DNA of 56,201 nt from Nemertoderma westbladi (GCA_032718475.1 JAUCBJ010000950.1:1-56201), one strand, 5' to 3'; counted from the stretch's first letter, positions 11,701-24,798 are shown. The notes: generated by a model from the letters alone, not told the origin. Program-made: numbers and translations.

Positions 11701-13333
11701 TACAAACATGAATTATAGTATCAACTGTACGCTGATATCCATCAACTGATATTTGAGCTCTAAATGTTCCAATTTTTTTGAGAGTATGATTTTCAACAGA
11801 AACTAATGTATCATTAGTTGGAGGAGCAAGGCAAGATAGTGTAATATCATTCAATGAATATATGATATCTTCACCAGCAACGGTACACTCTGCACCAGTA
11901 TCAGGGTGTGCTATCACAATTCCCAAAATGTTGTTATTCTTTGGATCAGCAATTTTAACATGTAAAAAATGGCTGCTTGTAACTCCAGCAGATTGTCTAA
12001 TAACATTAACCTTTTTCGAATTTTTATTCGAACTTTGCCCATCCCGGGTACGTTGCAAACAGACACGTTTGTAATGACCAACCCGTTTGCAATACTGGCA
12101 TTCAGAATTTAATGCAGGGCATTTTCTCAAATCTTCATGGAGATCAAACCCACACCGGAAACAAAATTTCTTTGCATTATTTCCATTAGTAATATCGTTA
12201 TGTAAGTGTTTCTCGGCATTTGATCTGTTGTTTGTTGCGGGTTTAAAAGAAGTAGAAGTTGTAACTTTTGAATTAGGAGGTTTAAACCCTCTATCCTTAT
12301 TTTGCTTATATTTAGTCTTGTGTTTATTAGCAGAAATTTCATATTTCTTGTCACTAATTTGCTTTGAATCCCTCTTTGCTGCTTCAGTAGATCGCAAAAA
12401 TTCAAAAGTATCTTTCAAATTTAGTGCCGGTTTTTTTGCAATAACCTTAGCACGAGCTGACTCGTCTTTAAGACCCACAACAAGAATTGCAGTTGTTAAA
12501 ATATTGTATGTAACATTTTGAACATCAGCATATTCAGCAAGTTCAGTAACACGTGTATAATATTTATAAATTGACTCACCTTCTTCTTGTTTTACAGTGA
12601 GAAGGTTTCTCCAATCTACATTTGGGTTGCGATCACACCTTAAATAATTGCTAATTTCGTTAATAACTTCATCCAATGTCATAGATGTATTATGAGGTAT
12701 CTCAATAACTCGTCGCACTGTATTCAGGAAATCTGGATGACAGTGACTAAAAAATGCAGCAATCTGATCCTCCCTGGGAGATTTATAGAGCTTAGTTAGT
12801 TGAAAGTAAGGCCTCCAAACTTCTAACCAACGTTGAAACTTTTGGAAATATGTTCCATCCTCTAGGGCTGGCGGATCAGCAACTATTGGCCGTGCAGAAT
12901 GGCCAATTTCCAGCGGAGACATAGGTGGAATTGTGTCATCAAGGGAACTCGCAGTGTGGTCCCTCCTCGAACCGGTAGAAACTGTATTTTTGTGAAGCTC
13001 ATCTTCAAATCTATCCATACAAGAATACATTTCATTAACTAAACCGGCAGTCGATTCAATATAATTATCATGTGTATCAATGTCATCTATCCGGTTTTCT
13101 AAAACTTTAACATCAGTGTGATGTGAAATCACCAAACCCAAAGCATTTTCAGCCGATTCAATGCATCGCTTCATCGTACGGAGCATTCCATGCGACCAAG
13201 TAGCAGTTTCTGAACCCTGAAAAGCGTCTACGGATTTCTGGCAATTTCGTAAATGCATTGTAACTTGGCCTTTCTGAGCAGTACGTTTCCCAATGGCCTG
13301 GCCTATGGCCGACCGAATATTTTCTGCAGACAT
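8711..13333 (-). CDS. Gag-Pol polyprotein (1540 aa): gag with two zinc knuckles, protease, RT, RNase H, integrase
   Basis: CFRC..H..C and CQYCKRVGHYKRVC knuckles; PDTGA protease; KLDATKGYWQ, PMG and VVDD RT motifs; TDAA, ELEALA and DHKPL RNase H motifs; HESH..CIQC plus DLF/TDGGPQF/NGHAE integrase motifs. The PR-RT-RH-IN order is Ty3/Gypsy. Confidence 0.97.
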   Translation of the reverse strand: MSAENIRSAIGQAIGKRTAQKGQVTMHLRNCQKSVDAFQGSETATWSHGMLRTMKRCIESAENALGLVISHHTDVKVLENRIDDIDTHDNYIESTAGLVNEMYSCMDRFEDELHKNTVSTGSRRDHTASSLDDTIPPMSPLEIGHSARPIVADPPALEDGTYFQKFQRWLEVWRPYFQLTKLYKSPREDQIAAFFSHCHPDFLNTVRRVIEIPHNTSMTLDEVINEISNYLRCDRNPNVDWRNLLTVKQEEGESIYKYYTRVTELAEYADVQNVTYNILTTAILVVGLKDESARAKVIAKKPALNLKDTFEFLRSTEAAKRDSKQISDKKYEISANKHKTKYKQNKDRGFKPPNSKVTTSTSFKPATNNRSNAEKHLHNDITNGNNAKKFCFRCGFDLHEDLRKCPALNSECQYCKRVGHYKRVCLQRTRDGQSSNKNSKKVNVIRQSAGVTSSHFLHVKIADPKNNNILGIVIAHPDTGAECTVAGEDIIYSLNDITLSCLAPPTNDTLVSVENHTLKKIGTFRAQISVDGYQRTVDTIIHVCRGIKGLYLSREVCAALLKIPQDFPTPQGDDGKLIYVATVSGRQENVFDTEKRSAWIKSLPADNPSPQLRSAVETKLKNIYKSVFDDSDTLHPMVGSQVGAPMKIELLPDASPFAVHAARPIPFALRDRVRNELDYMLKRGIISEVGDVPTDWCHPLVVAPKPGGNIRMCVDLTKLNHQVKRPVHPTKTPFTAVSGIKPTAKYFTKLDATKGYWQLPLDTKSQEFTTFITPWGRYKFLRAPMGFVGSGDSYSLRGDIAFSGINRLNKVVDDIALDGDTYRETINITCDVLERCAKHGITINGDKCKFAADEIDFVGYHVKQGGYEADPCKVNAIADFPVPTTRTDLRSFLGLVNQLGQFSTEIAGAAEPLRDLVKIKNEFTWNANHTKAFNSVKKALVSTPVLSQFDPTAETVLQTDAARTKGLGFALLQNQNGFWKLIQCGSRFLQPAETKYAMIELEALAIVWATLKCRLFLMGLPNYTVLVDHKPLIPIFNDFTMDTIDNIRLQNYKEKLSVFQFTLKWVKGKNHCVPDTLSLYPVDDPTLEDCHEHSNNQEMLNACIQISACNIKSDGEIENDVYGDPILQELREYGKADLKYQKLLQAVASDYNESGSDPYVLLFKSIWKELSIDNGLILRNSRIVIPPNSIKMVLSRLHESHQGIDRTKKRARQVVYWPGMNNDVKTTVENCIQCAQRLPSLPKESLMRDEIPSRVFESVSCDLFQYGGVEFLLYVDRLSGFPFIHEFGRSPSATQVIKVIRSYFVQTGVPVRIRTDGGPQFKADEFQKFLKLWSVKWAPSRPYYPQSNGHAEVHVKSIKGLVAKSGGKINSDSFQAGLLELRNTPKSDGLSPAQRVYGHPIRSKVPTHWSAFSRDWQISVEEADIKAANIRDSSKLLYDRTAQPLKPLDIGCQVTIQDNASKRWNKIGIVVESDFYRGYRVKLKSGRTYWRNRRLLRVFKGATNDVVNKPTATGCGNVNDHEELRRSSRTRKIPDRYTVS

Positions 13334-13676
13334 CTGCGGAATTCAAAGTTCTCAGAAACGCGGTAAAAAAAAATTGTACCGTAGTGAGAGTACTGCAGTA
13401 CCGGTAGTTATATTGTGTATAATATGAACCGGTTGCCGGTCAGCCGGTAGGTATTTTCCACCTTGGCTGGCTACTGGCGGGTAGGCAAAGCAATTTCCAG
13501 GTACCGGTACCGGTAGGTTGTAGTTTGTCAGTTTGTAGGTTGTACCGTAGTTCAGTACAGCAACAGCAGTAGTTGTAAGCAAAGCTGCACCTACAGACCT
13601 AGGCAGCTAGGCCGAGCACCAGCCTGTCAGCAGTCTATCTGGAAGAATCGTGATCGCGCACTGTCCAAGTACGCCA

Positions 13677-13687
13677 CAACTGCGCCA
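13677..13687 (-). other. Primer binding site, probably tRNA-Ser type
   Basis: TGGCGCAGTTG directly follows the 5' LTR on the minus strand. The tRNA assignment is from recalled tRNA-Ser 3' ends and was not checked. Confidence 0.75.
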
Positions 13688-13966
13688 TATTACGTTCTCA
13701 TGTAAGTACAGAAGTAAGTCTGTAGTAGTAATGTAGTAAGTAGTAATGAAGTAGGTTCTTCACGATATAACTTCCTTGATATATATTAGTCTCATATCAG
13801 TATATAATATATAGATAGAACAGTACAACAGTAGAGCACTGACTACACCGTCACCAGTCACTTACAGCAGTATGTAAATATGGTAATGTATGTATCTCCT
13901 GCAGTACCGGTAACTATCTACCAAGCACCAGCACTTAGGTCCTATGAAATAGATAATAATATAACA
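13688..13966 (-). repeat. 5' LTR (279 bp)
   Basis: Direct repeat of 8359-8623 with 14 extra bp in the gtagtaat repeat region. Confidence 0.95.
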
Positions 13967-15899
13967 GGGGTGTTGCAACGCAATCAAAATTAATCCATCT
14001 CCAGCGGAAAGACGTAGCAAATAACAGCTGATTACTTCTATAAATGTAAGTGTTACCTGTTCTTTTTATTTTCATTTAAGATTATCTATCTCGTGGAGTG
14101 GGTTAGAAGTTATAAATATTAGAATCGATATGGTTATAGTAAAGAATCAGAGGATATTTTGATAAATTATTGCAGAAAAATAACAAGGATTTTGACATGG
14201 ATTTAATACTTCATTATGTTCATGAAATAGCTGAGATATTTGAGGTCAATTATTGCATTACATAATAACTTTAGCTCCAGCCACTTTAGCAATACGATGA
14301 AACTATAATAAATATTCTAGAACACAACAATATTAATAGGGAGATAGGCTACTTATTTCTCAACTCAGACAGCCACAGATAGGGGGTGTTCTGACACACT
14401 CAAAATTCATCCATCTCCAGCGGAAAGACGTAGCAAATAACAGCTGATTACTTCTATAAATGTAAGTGTTACCTGTTCTTTTGACTTTCATTTTAGATTC
14501 TTTATCTCGTGGAGTGGGATAGAAGTTATAAATATGAAAATTGATATGAGATCGCAATGCGATGAAACTATAATAAATATTCTAGAACACAACAATATTA
14601 ATAGGGAGATAAGCTACTTATCTCTCCACTCAGACATCCACAGATAGGGGGTGTTCTGACACAATCAAAATTGAGGTGAATTATTGTATTATGAGTTAAC
14701 TTCAGCTCCAGTCACTTTGGCAATACGATAAAACTATAATAAATATTCTAGAACACAACAATATTAACTGGGAGATAGGCTACTTATCTCTCCACGCATA
14801 CAACCACAGATAGGGGGTGTTCTGACCCAATCAAAATTCATTCATCTTCAGCGGAAAGACGTAGCAAATAACAGCTGATTACTTCTATAAATGTAAGTGT
14901 TACCTGTTCTTTTGACTTTCATTTAAGATTCGCTCTATCTCGTGGAGTGGGTTAGAAGATATAAATTAGAAAATCGATATGGTTTTTAAAAAAAATCAGA
15001 GGATATTTTGATAAATTATTACAGAAAAACACCAAGTATTTTGACATGGCTTTAATACTTCATTATGTTCATGAAATAGCTGTGATATTTGAGGTGAATT
15101 ATTGCATTACATAATAACTTTAGCTCCAGCCACTTTAGCAATACGATGAAACAATAATAAATATTCTAGAACACAACAATATTAATAGGGAGATAGGCTA
15201 CTTATCTCTCCACTCATACAGCCACAGATAGGGGGTGTTCCAACGCAATCAAAATTCATCCATCTCCAGCGGAAAGACGTAGCAAATAACAGCTGATTAC
15301 TTCTTTAAATGTAAGTGTTACTGTTCTTGTGACTTTCATTTAAGATTCTCTATCTCTTGGAGTGGGTTAGAAGTTATAAATATGAAAATCGATATGGTTT
15401 TTGTAAAAAAACAGATGATATTTTGATAAATTATTGCAGAAAAACACCAAGGATTTTGACATGGCTTTAATACTTCATTATGTTCATGAAATAGCTGAGA
15501 TATTTGAGGTGAATTATTGTATTATGAGTTAACTTCAGCTCTAGTCACTTTAGCAATACGATGAAACAATAATAAATATTCTAGAACACAGCAATATTAA
15601 TAGGGAGATAGGCTACTTATCTCTCCACGCATACAACAACAGATAGGGGATGTTCCGACCCAATCAAAATTCATTCATCTTCAGCGGAAAGACGAAGCAA
15701 ATAACAGCTGATTACTTCTATAAATGTAAGTGTTACCTGTTCTTTTGACTTTCATTTAAGATTCTCTATCTCGTGGAGTGGGTTAGAAGATATAAATTAG
15801 AAAATCGATATGGTTTTTAAAAAAAATATGAGGATATTTTGATAAATTATTACAGAAAAACACCAAGTATTTTGACATGGCTTTAATACTTCATTATGT

Positions 15900-18800
15900 T
15901 CATGAAATAGCTGTGATATTTGAGGTGAATTATTGCATTACATAATAACTTTAGCTCCTGCCACTTTAGCAATACGATGAAACTATAATAAATATTCTAG
16001 AACACAACAATATTAATACGGAAACAGGATACTTATCTCTCCACTCAGACAGCCACAGATAGGGGGTGTTCTGACACAATCAAAATTCATCCTTCTCCAG
16101 CGGAAAGACGTAGCATATACCAGCTGATTACTGCTATAAATGTAAGTGTTACCTGTTCTTTTGACTTTCAGTTAAGATTCTCTATCTCGTGGAGTGGGAT
16201 AGAAGTTATAAATATGAAAATCGATATGGTTTTTGAAAAAAATCAGAGGATATTTTGATAAATTATTGCAGAAAAACACCATTGATTTTTGACATGGCTT
16301 TAATACTTCATTATTTTCATGAAATAGCTGAGATATTTGAGGTGAATTATTGTATTATGAGTTAACTTCAGCTCCAGCCACTTTAGCAATACGATGAAAC
16401 AATAATAAATATTCTAGAACACAGCAATATTAATAGGGAGATAGGCTACTTATCTCTCCACGCATACAACAACAGATAGGGGATGTTCCGACCCAATCAA
16501 AATTCATTCATCTTCAGCGGAAAGACGTAGCAAATAACAGCTGATTACTTCTATAAATGTAAGTGTTACCTGTTCTTTTGACTTTCATTTAAGATTCTCT
16601 ATCTCATGGAGTGGGTTAGAAGATATAAATTAGAAAATCGATATGGTTTTTAAAAAAAATATGAGGATATTTTGATAAATTATTACAGAAAAACACCAAG
16701 TATTTTGACATGGCTTTAATACTTCATTATGTTCATGAAATAGCTGTGATATTTGAGGTGAATTATTGCATTACATAATAACTTTAGCTCCAGCCACTTT
16801 AGCAATACGATGAAACTGTAATAAATATTCTAGAACACAACAATATAAACACGGAAATAGGATACTTATCTCTCCACTTAGACAGCCACAGATAAGTGGT
16901 ATTTTGACACAATCAAAATTCATCCATCTCCAGCGGAAAGACGTAGCAAATAACAGCTGATTACTTCTATAAATGTAAGTGTTACCTGTTCTTTTGACTT
17001 TCATTTAAGATAATTTATCTCGTGGAGTGGGATAGAAGTTATAAATATGAAAATGATATGGTTTTTGAAAAAAATCAGAGGATATTTTGATAAATTATTG
17101 CAGAAAAATACCAAGGATTTTGACATGTATTTAATACTTCATTATGTTCATGAAATAGCTGAGATATTTGAGGTGAATTATTGCATTACATAATAACTTT
17201 AGCTCCAGCCACTTTAGCAATGCGATGAAACTATAATAAATATTCTAGAACACAACAATATTAATAGGGAGATAGGCTACTTATCTCTCAACTCAGACAT
17301 CCACAGATGGGGGTGTTCTGACACAATCAAAATTCATCCATCTCCAGCGGAAAGACGTAGCAAATAACAGCTGATTACTTCTATAAATTTAAGTGTTACC
17401 TGTTCTTTTGACTTTCATTTAAGATACTTTATCTCGTGGAGTGGGATAGAAGTTATAAATATGAAAATTGATATGGTTTTTTAAAAAAATCAGAGGATAT
17501 TTTGATAAATTATTGCAGAAAAATACCAAGGATTTTGACATGGATTTAATACTTCATATGTTCATGAAATAGCTGAGATATTTGAGGTGAATTATTGTAT
17601 TATGAGTCAACTTCAGCTCTAGTCACTTTGGCAATACGATGAAACTATAATAAATATTCTAGAACACAACAATATTAACAGGGAGATAGGCTACTTATCT
17701 CTCCACTCAGACAGCCACAGATAGGGGGTGTTCCAACGCAATCAAAATTCATCCATCTCCAGCGGAAAGACGTAGCAAATAACATTTGATTACTGCTATA
17801 AATGTGAGTGTTACCTGTTCTTTTGACGTTCATTTAAGATTCTCTATCTCGTGGAGTGGGATAGAAGTTATAAATATGAAAATCGATATGGTTTTTGTAA
17901 AAAATCAGAGGATATTTTGATAAATTATTGCAGAAAAACACCAATGATTTTGACATGGCTTTAATACTTCATTATGTTCATGAAATAGCTGAGATATTTG
18001 AGGTGAATTATTGCATTACATAATAACTTTAGCTCCAGCCACTTTAGCAATACGATGAAACTATAATAAATATTCTAGAACACAACAATATTAATACGGA
18101 AACAGGATACTTATCTCTCCACTCAGACAGCCACAGATAGGGGGTGTTCTGACACAATCAAAATTCATCCATCTCCAGCGGAAAGACGTAGCATATACCA
18201 GCTGATTACTGCTATAAATGTAAGTGTTACCTGTTCTTTTGACGTTCATTTAAGATTCTCTATCTCGTGGAGTGGGATAGAAGTTATAAATATGAAAATC
18301 GATATGGTTTTTGTAAAAAATTAGAGGATATTTTGATAAATTATTGCAGAAAAACACCAAGGATTTTGACATGGCTTTAATACTCCATTATGTTCATGAA
18401 ATAGCTGAGATATTGGAGGTGAATTATTGCATTACATAATAACTTTAGCTCCTGCCACTTTAGCAATACGATGAAACTATAATAAATATTCTAGAACACA
18501 ACAATATTAATACGGAAACAGGATACTTATCTCTCCACTCAGACAGCCACAGATAGGGGGTGTTCTGACACAATCAAAATTCATCCTTCTCCAGCGGAAA
18601 GACGTAGCATATACCAGCTGATTACTGCTATAAATGTAAGTGTTACCTGTTCTTTTGACTTTCAGTTAAGATTCTCTATCTCGTGGAGTGGGATAGAAGT
18701 TATAAATATGAAAATCGATATGGTTTTTGAAAAAAATCAGAGGATATTTTGATAAATTATTGCAGAAAAACACCATTGATTTTTGACATGGCTTTAATAC

Positions 18801-21800
18801 TTCATTATTTTCATGAAATAGCTGAGATATTTGAGGTGAATTATTGTATTATGAGTTAACTTCAGCTCCAGCCACTTTAGCAATACGATGAAACAATAAT
18901 AAATATTCTAGAACACAGCAATATTAATAGGGAGATAGGCTACTTATCTCTCCACGCATACAACAACAGATAGGGGATGTTCCGACCCAATCAAAATTCA
19001 TTCATCTTCAGCGGAAAGACGTAGCAAATAACAGCTAATTACTTCTATGAATGTAAGTGTTACCTGTTCTTTTGACTTTCATTTAAGATTCTCTATCTCG
19101 TGGAGTGGGTTAGAAGATATAAATTAGAAAATCGATATGGTTTTTAAAAAAAATATGAGGATATTTTGATAAATTATTACAGAAAAACACCAAGTATTTT
19201 GACATGGCTTTAATACTTCATTATGTTCATGAAATAGCTGTGATATTTGAGGTGAATTATTGCATTACATAATAACTTTAGCTCCAGCCACTTTAGCAAT
19301 ACGATGAAACTGTAATAAATATTCTAGAACACAACAATATAAACACGGAAATAGGATACTTATCTCTCCACTTAGACAGCCACAGATAAGTGGTATTCTG
19401 ACACAATCAAAATTCATCCATCTCCAGCGGAAAGACGTAGCAAATAACAGCTGATTACTTCTATAAATGTAAGTGTTACCTGTTCTTTTGACTTTCATTT
19501 AAGATAATTTATCTCGTGGAGTGGGATAGAAGTTATAAATATGAAAATGATATGGTTTTTGAAAAAAATCAGAGGATATTTTGATAAATTATTGCAGAAA
19601 AATACCAAGGATTTTGACATGTATTTAATACTTCATTATGTTCATGAAATAGCTGAGATATTTGAGGTGAATTATTGCATTACATAATAACTTTAGCTCC
19701 AGCCACTTTAGCAATGCGATGAAACTATAATAAATATTCTAGAACACAACAATATTAATAGGGAGATAGGCTACTTATCTCTCAACTCAGACATCCACAG
19801 ATAGGGGGTGTTCTGACACAATCAAAATTCATCCATCTCCAGCGGAAAGACGTAGCAAATAACAGCTGATTACTTCTATAAATTTAAGTGTTACCTGTTC
19901 TTTTGACTTTCATTTAAGATACTTTATCTCGTGGAGTGGGATAGAAGTTATAAATATGAAAATTGATATGGTTTTTTAAAAAAATCAGAGGATATTTTGA
20001 TAAATTATTGCAGAAAAATACCAAGGATTTTGACATGGATTAAATACTTCATATGTTCATGAAATAGCTGAGATATTTGAGGTGAATTATTGTATTATAA
20101 GTCAACTTCAGCTCTAGTCACTTTGGCAATACGATGAAACTATAATAAATATTCTAGAACACAACAATATTAACAGGGAGATAGGCTACTTATCTCTCCA
20201 CTCAGACAGCCACAGATAGGGGGTGTTCCAACGCAATCAAAATTCATCCATCTCCAGCGGAAAGACGTAGCAAATAACATCTGATTACTGCTATAAATGT
20301 GAGTGTTACCTGTTCTTTTGACGTTCATTTAAGATTCTCTATCTCGTGGAGTGGGATAGAAGTTATAAATATGAAAATCGATATGGTTTTTGTAAAAAAT
20401 CAGAGGATATTTTGATAAATTATTGCAGAAAAACACCAATGATTTTGACATGGCTTTAATACTTCATTATGTTCATGAAATAGCTGAGATATTTGAGGTG
20501 AATTATTGCATTACATAATAACTTTAGCTCCAGCCACTTTAGCAATACGATGAAACTATAATAAATATTCTAGAACACAACAATATTAATACGGAAACAG
20601 GATACTTATCTCTCCACTCAGACAGCCACAGATAGGGGGTGTTCTGACACAATCAAAATTCATCCATCTCCAGCGGAAAGACGTAGCATATACCAGCTGA
20701 TTACTGCTATAAATGTAAGTGTTACCTGTTCTTTTGACGTTCATTTAAGATTCTCTATCTCGTGGAGTGGGATAGAAGTTATAAATATGAAAATCGATAT
20801 GGTTTTTGTAAAAAATTAGAGGATATTTTGATAAATTATTGCAGAAAAACACCAAGGATTTTGACATGGCTTTAATACTCCATTATGTTCATGAAATAGC
20901 TGAGATATTGGAGGTGAATTATTGCATTACATAATAACTTTAGCTCCTGCCACTTTAGCAATACGATGAAACTATAATAAATATTCTAGAACACAACAAT
21001 ATTAATACGGAAACAGGATACTTATCTCTCCACTCAGACAGCCACAGATAGGGGGTGTTCTGACACAATCAAAATTCATCCTTCTCCAGCGGAAAGACGT
21101 AGCATATACCAGCTGATTACTGCTATAAATGTAAGTGTTACCTGTTCTTTTGACTTTCAGTTAAGATTCTCTATCTCGTGGAGTGGGATAGAAGTTATAA
21201 ATATGAAAATCGATATGGTTTTTGAAAAAAATCAGAGGATATTTTGATAAATTATTGCAGAAAAACACCATTGATTTTTGACATGGCTTTAATACTTCAT
21301 TATTTTCATGAAATAGCTGAGATATTTGAGGTGAATTATTGTATTATGAGTTAACTTCAGCTCCAGCCACTTTAGCAATACGATGAAACAATAATAAATA
21401 TTCTAGAACACAGCAATATTAATAGGGAGATAGGCTACTTATCTACCCACGCATACAACAACAGATAGGGGGTGTTCCGACCCAATCAAAATTCATTCAT
21501 CTTCAGCGGAAAGACGTAGCAAATAACAGCTGATTACTTCTATAAATGTAAGTGTTACCTGTTCTTTTGACTTTCATTTAAGATTCTCTATCTCGTGGAG
21601 TGGGTTAGAAGATATAAATTAGAAAATCGATATGGTTTTTAAAAAAAATATGAGGATATTTTGATAAATTATTACAGAAAAACACCAAGTATTTTGACAT
21701 GGCTTTAATACTTCATTATGTTCATGAAATAGCTGTGATATTTGAGGTGAATTATTGCATTACATAATAACTTTAGCTCCAGCCACTTTAGCAATACGAT

Positions 21801-21976
21801 GAAACTGCAATAAATATTCTAGAACACAACAATATAAACACGGAAATAGGATACTTATCTCTCCACTTAGACAGCCACAGATAAGTGGTATTCTGACACA
21901 ATCAAAATTCATCCATCTCCAGCGGAAAGACGTAGCAAATAACAGCTGATTACTTCTATAAATGTAAGTGTTACCT
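15900..21976. repeat. 6-mer higher-order repeat (~2494 bp period, about 2.4 copies)
   Basis: The diagnostic variant unit (cttagacagccacagataagtggtatt) recurs, with ORF-track hits at 16771, 19265 and 21760, i.e. spacings of 2494/2495 (about 6 x 416). Confidence 0.9.
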
Positions 21977-24798
21977 CCCTGCAAACCACCAACGTTAATC
22001 TAACGTTGGGTTTATGTTAGACATTCGTTAAAAAATGACAGTTAGAATTTAACCATAAACCTACGTTAAAATACGTTAGAATTCTGTCAATTTTTAACGT
22101 TAATTTTTTACAGTTATTATACGTCAAAATTAGACAATTATCTGACAATACCATATTTTTTAACGTTACTTTAATGTTAATTTTTAACGTTAATTTTTTA
22201 CTGTAATTATACGTTAAAAATCCACAGAGATCTGACATTTACAATTTTTTTAACGTTGATTTAACGTTAATTTTTAACGTTCATTATTAACGTTAATTTA
22301 GCATTAATATACATCAGATTTTAACGATGATTATTGAATCACTTAACTGATTCATCAATGGATAACATTGGCTATGTCTAGCTGACCATCCGATGACTTT
22401 GTTCATTTCGTATTTTGTTAAATTTTTGTGATACGAGTGTAATTTTTTAAATATTATCTTTAAATATTTTCCTTACTAGTCAGCATCATTGTACCAGTAC
22501 CAAGCGTACAGTAAGCCAGGGCATAAATTTTATTGACAATTCCATCTTCATGGTCATAACGTTTTGACTTTTATTAACTAATTTTATTGAAGATAGCGAC
22601 GAAATGTTCAGGAGACGAAAAAAACTAATTTAGAAACTAACTTTGTACGAATGCGAAATTATTGGAGGTGACGAACGAAACGAGACTTAATTTGGGCCGT
22701 GGACCCAATTACGGTTACCAAGAGTTACAGTAACTGACTACCACAAACATTTACAAATCGAGAAACTTGATCAACACGATTCCTATTTTATAGGCAATAC
22801 CAATCTTATATTCTACCAGGAGATTGAGCCTAATTACATCGCTATAAACAGTAAGAATTTGACCGTATCTGAGGGCATTGTATCACATATTCATTATTAT
22901 TCAGGATAATGTGTCCTGAAAATACTCATACATATTCTTTCGGTTGACTCAACAGTTGTCTCTTATTTGTCTCTCATTGGTTCTCTCTGTTGACTCACCT
23001 GTGGACTCTCTGTTGTATTGTTGAAATAAGTAGTAAACAGAATTTATGAATACGGGGTCATCTTTTTTTCCTGTCTAGAGTACTGTAGCTGTTGAGTTAA
23101 TATCCTGACCTAACCATCTGAATTATAATAAATGTATCACATGTGTATTGTTCAGTTGAGATCATGTGTACAGTACTACACTGAAAATACAAACTACCGT
23201 TCAAAAGTTTAAATAGCGGTTATGGACAATTCCAAGTGTGGCTTATTCGTCGAGTCAAAAAGACCAGCGTTTTTCTAAATAATCCGTAACAAATGACATG
23301 AAGCCCAGTTTGCATATTACCAATTATGGTGTCGTTTCAGCCTATTTTAACATATTATTAACTTACTTTCGTGAATATTTAATGTTGATAAGATTTCACC
23401 ATTTAAGCAAGGTACATTTTAAAGGAAAGGAGCAAGTACAGTAGTAGCAAGCAGGCTTTTCTAACCAAAACAATAAACTAAATTTTGGAGCACAATTTAC
23501 AGTACAATTTTTACATCTAGGCACTAAGTTTTCAATATTAAGTTAACATTAACCTTATGGGAAGACTGAAACGACACCCCCAATTGGCAATTTAGGACCG
23601 GGTTACCAAATTAGTATGAAATTTGATCTCCCTTCACTGCGTCCGAACTCCTTAAATGATATAATATCAGCTTAAAAACTAATATAGATAATTGGTAATA
23701 ACTGTAAATTAATTCCTTCCCACGAATCTGGTAACTAATTACAAATATTTATGGCAATTAGTGTTAATTAAGAAGTTTAATTAGGGGATACCCAATTTTG
23801 CAATTAATTTTATTTCGGATATCATACTGTATTTTGCAATGAAACAATGTGGGGTAATAGTAAAATGTTTCATGATAACATAATATTATCCGAGGGGGGG
23901 GGGGGGGGGGGGGGGAGTATTCGGTCGTACCTCAACACTGGGGATGGGGAAGGGTGCTTAGTTGGACATACCTCGTCAGTAGTGAGGGGGGGGGGGGGGG
24001 GTAGTAGGACATATCTGCCGTGCAATGTGATAAGACCGTATCTACTCTAGTTCTCGAGCTATTCAATGTAAAAAGGCCGTAAGTCACATATGTATAGGGC
24101 CTAGTGTTACAAAGGAAAAAGAGCCTAAGTGCAATACAAAAGACATAAAATTAGAGGATTTCAAATCTGAAAATTGATTGCTGAGATCTGTTTGTATGCA
24201 TTTTTATTAATTACCCGAAGAAGCCCTGATGGGAGAAAGCTTTTAATTTATCTGATGTTATTAATTCCATTAGTCACCTGAGGTCAACCCACCCTACCCT
24301 AACTGTTTAATATGAGAATGCCTTCTTAGGTTGTTTCGAGTTATCACTGTCTACTACCGGTGTGACCGTCAAGATGTAAGTTTAGACTGATAGCCAGAAC
24401 CAGACCAATAGTCAGCCAGATAAGATAAAGCAATTGTCTGGGATATGCCATTATTTGTTAACGTTAATTAACTTTAACATTAATTAAGCGTTAATCATTA
24501 CAGTTGTTTTTATCATTGTCAGTAATATGTCATTTTTTAACGTTAAACATACAATATATTCCAACGATCCAAACTGATTGTCAGTAATATGTCATTTTTT
24601 AACGTTAAACATACAATATATTTTGACGATCCAAATCACTACCGTTTAAAATTAACGTTAATTTGCGTTAATTTTTAACGTTAAAAGGGCGGCCAAACTA
24701 ACGTTATTTATATGTATTTTTTACGTTAATAATTAACGTTGGCATTGTCAAAAAATAACGTTTATTAATGCATTATTAACGTTAAATTGTTTGCAGGG
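21977..24798. mobile_element. Second non-autonomous CACTA/EnSpm (CMC)-like DNA transposon, 2822 bp
   Basis: Termini ccctgcaaac...gtttgcaggg. 2-bp TSD CT within satellite gttacctgttc. Many palindromic ttaacgttaa subterminal repeats at 21990-22330 and 24455-24785. No transposase ORF. Confidence 0.88.
24515..24634. repeat. 62-bp tandem duplication in the subterminal region
   Basis: attgtcagtaatatgtcattttttaacgttaaacatacaatatatt occurs at 24515 and 24577. Confidence 0.9.

Larger units (their letters stand above)
8359..13966 (-). mobile_element. Full-length Ty3/Gypsy LTR retrotransposon (Mag-like), 5608 bp
   Basis: Paired LTRs, PBS, PPT, a single gag-pol ORF and a 5-bp TSD GGGGT (8354-8358 and 13967-13971) within the satellite sequence gatagggggtgtt. 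Confidence 0.96.

Noticed and set aside
23188-23210. Tc1-like terminal sequence tacaaactaccgttcaaaagttt
   Set aside because: No matching opposite end or transposase remnant was found.
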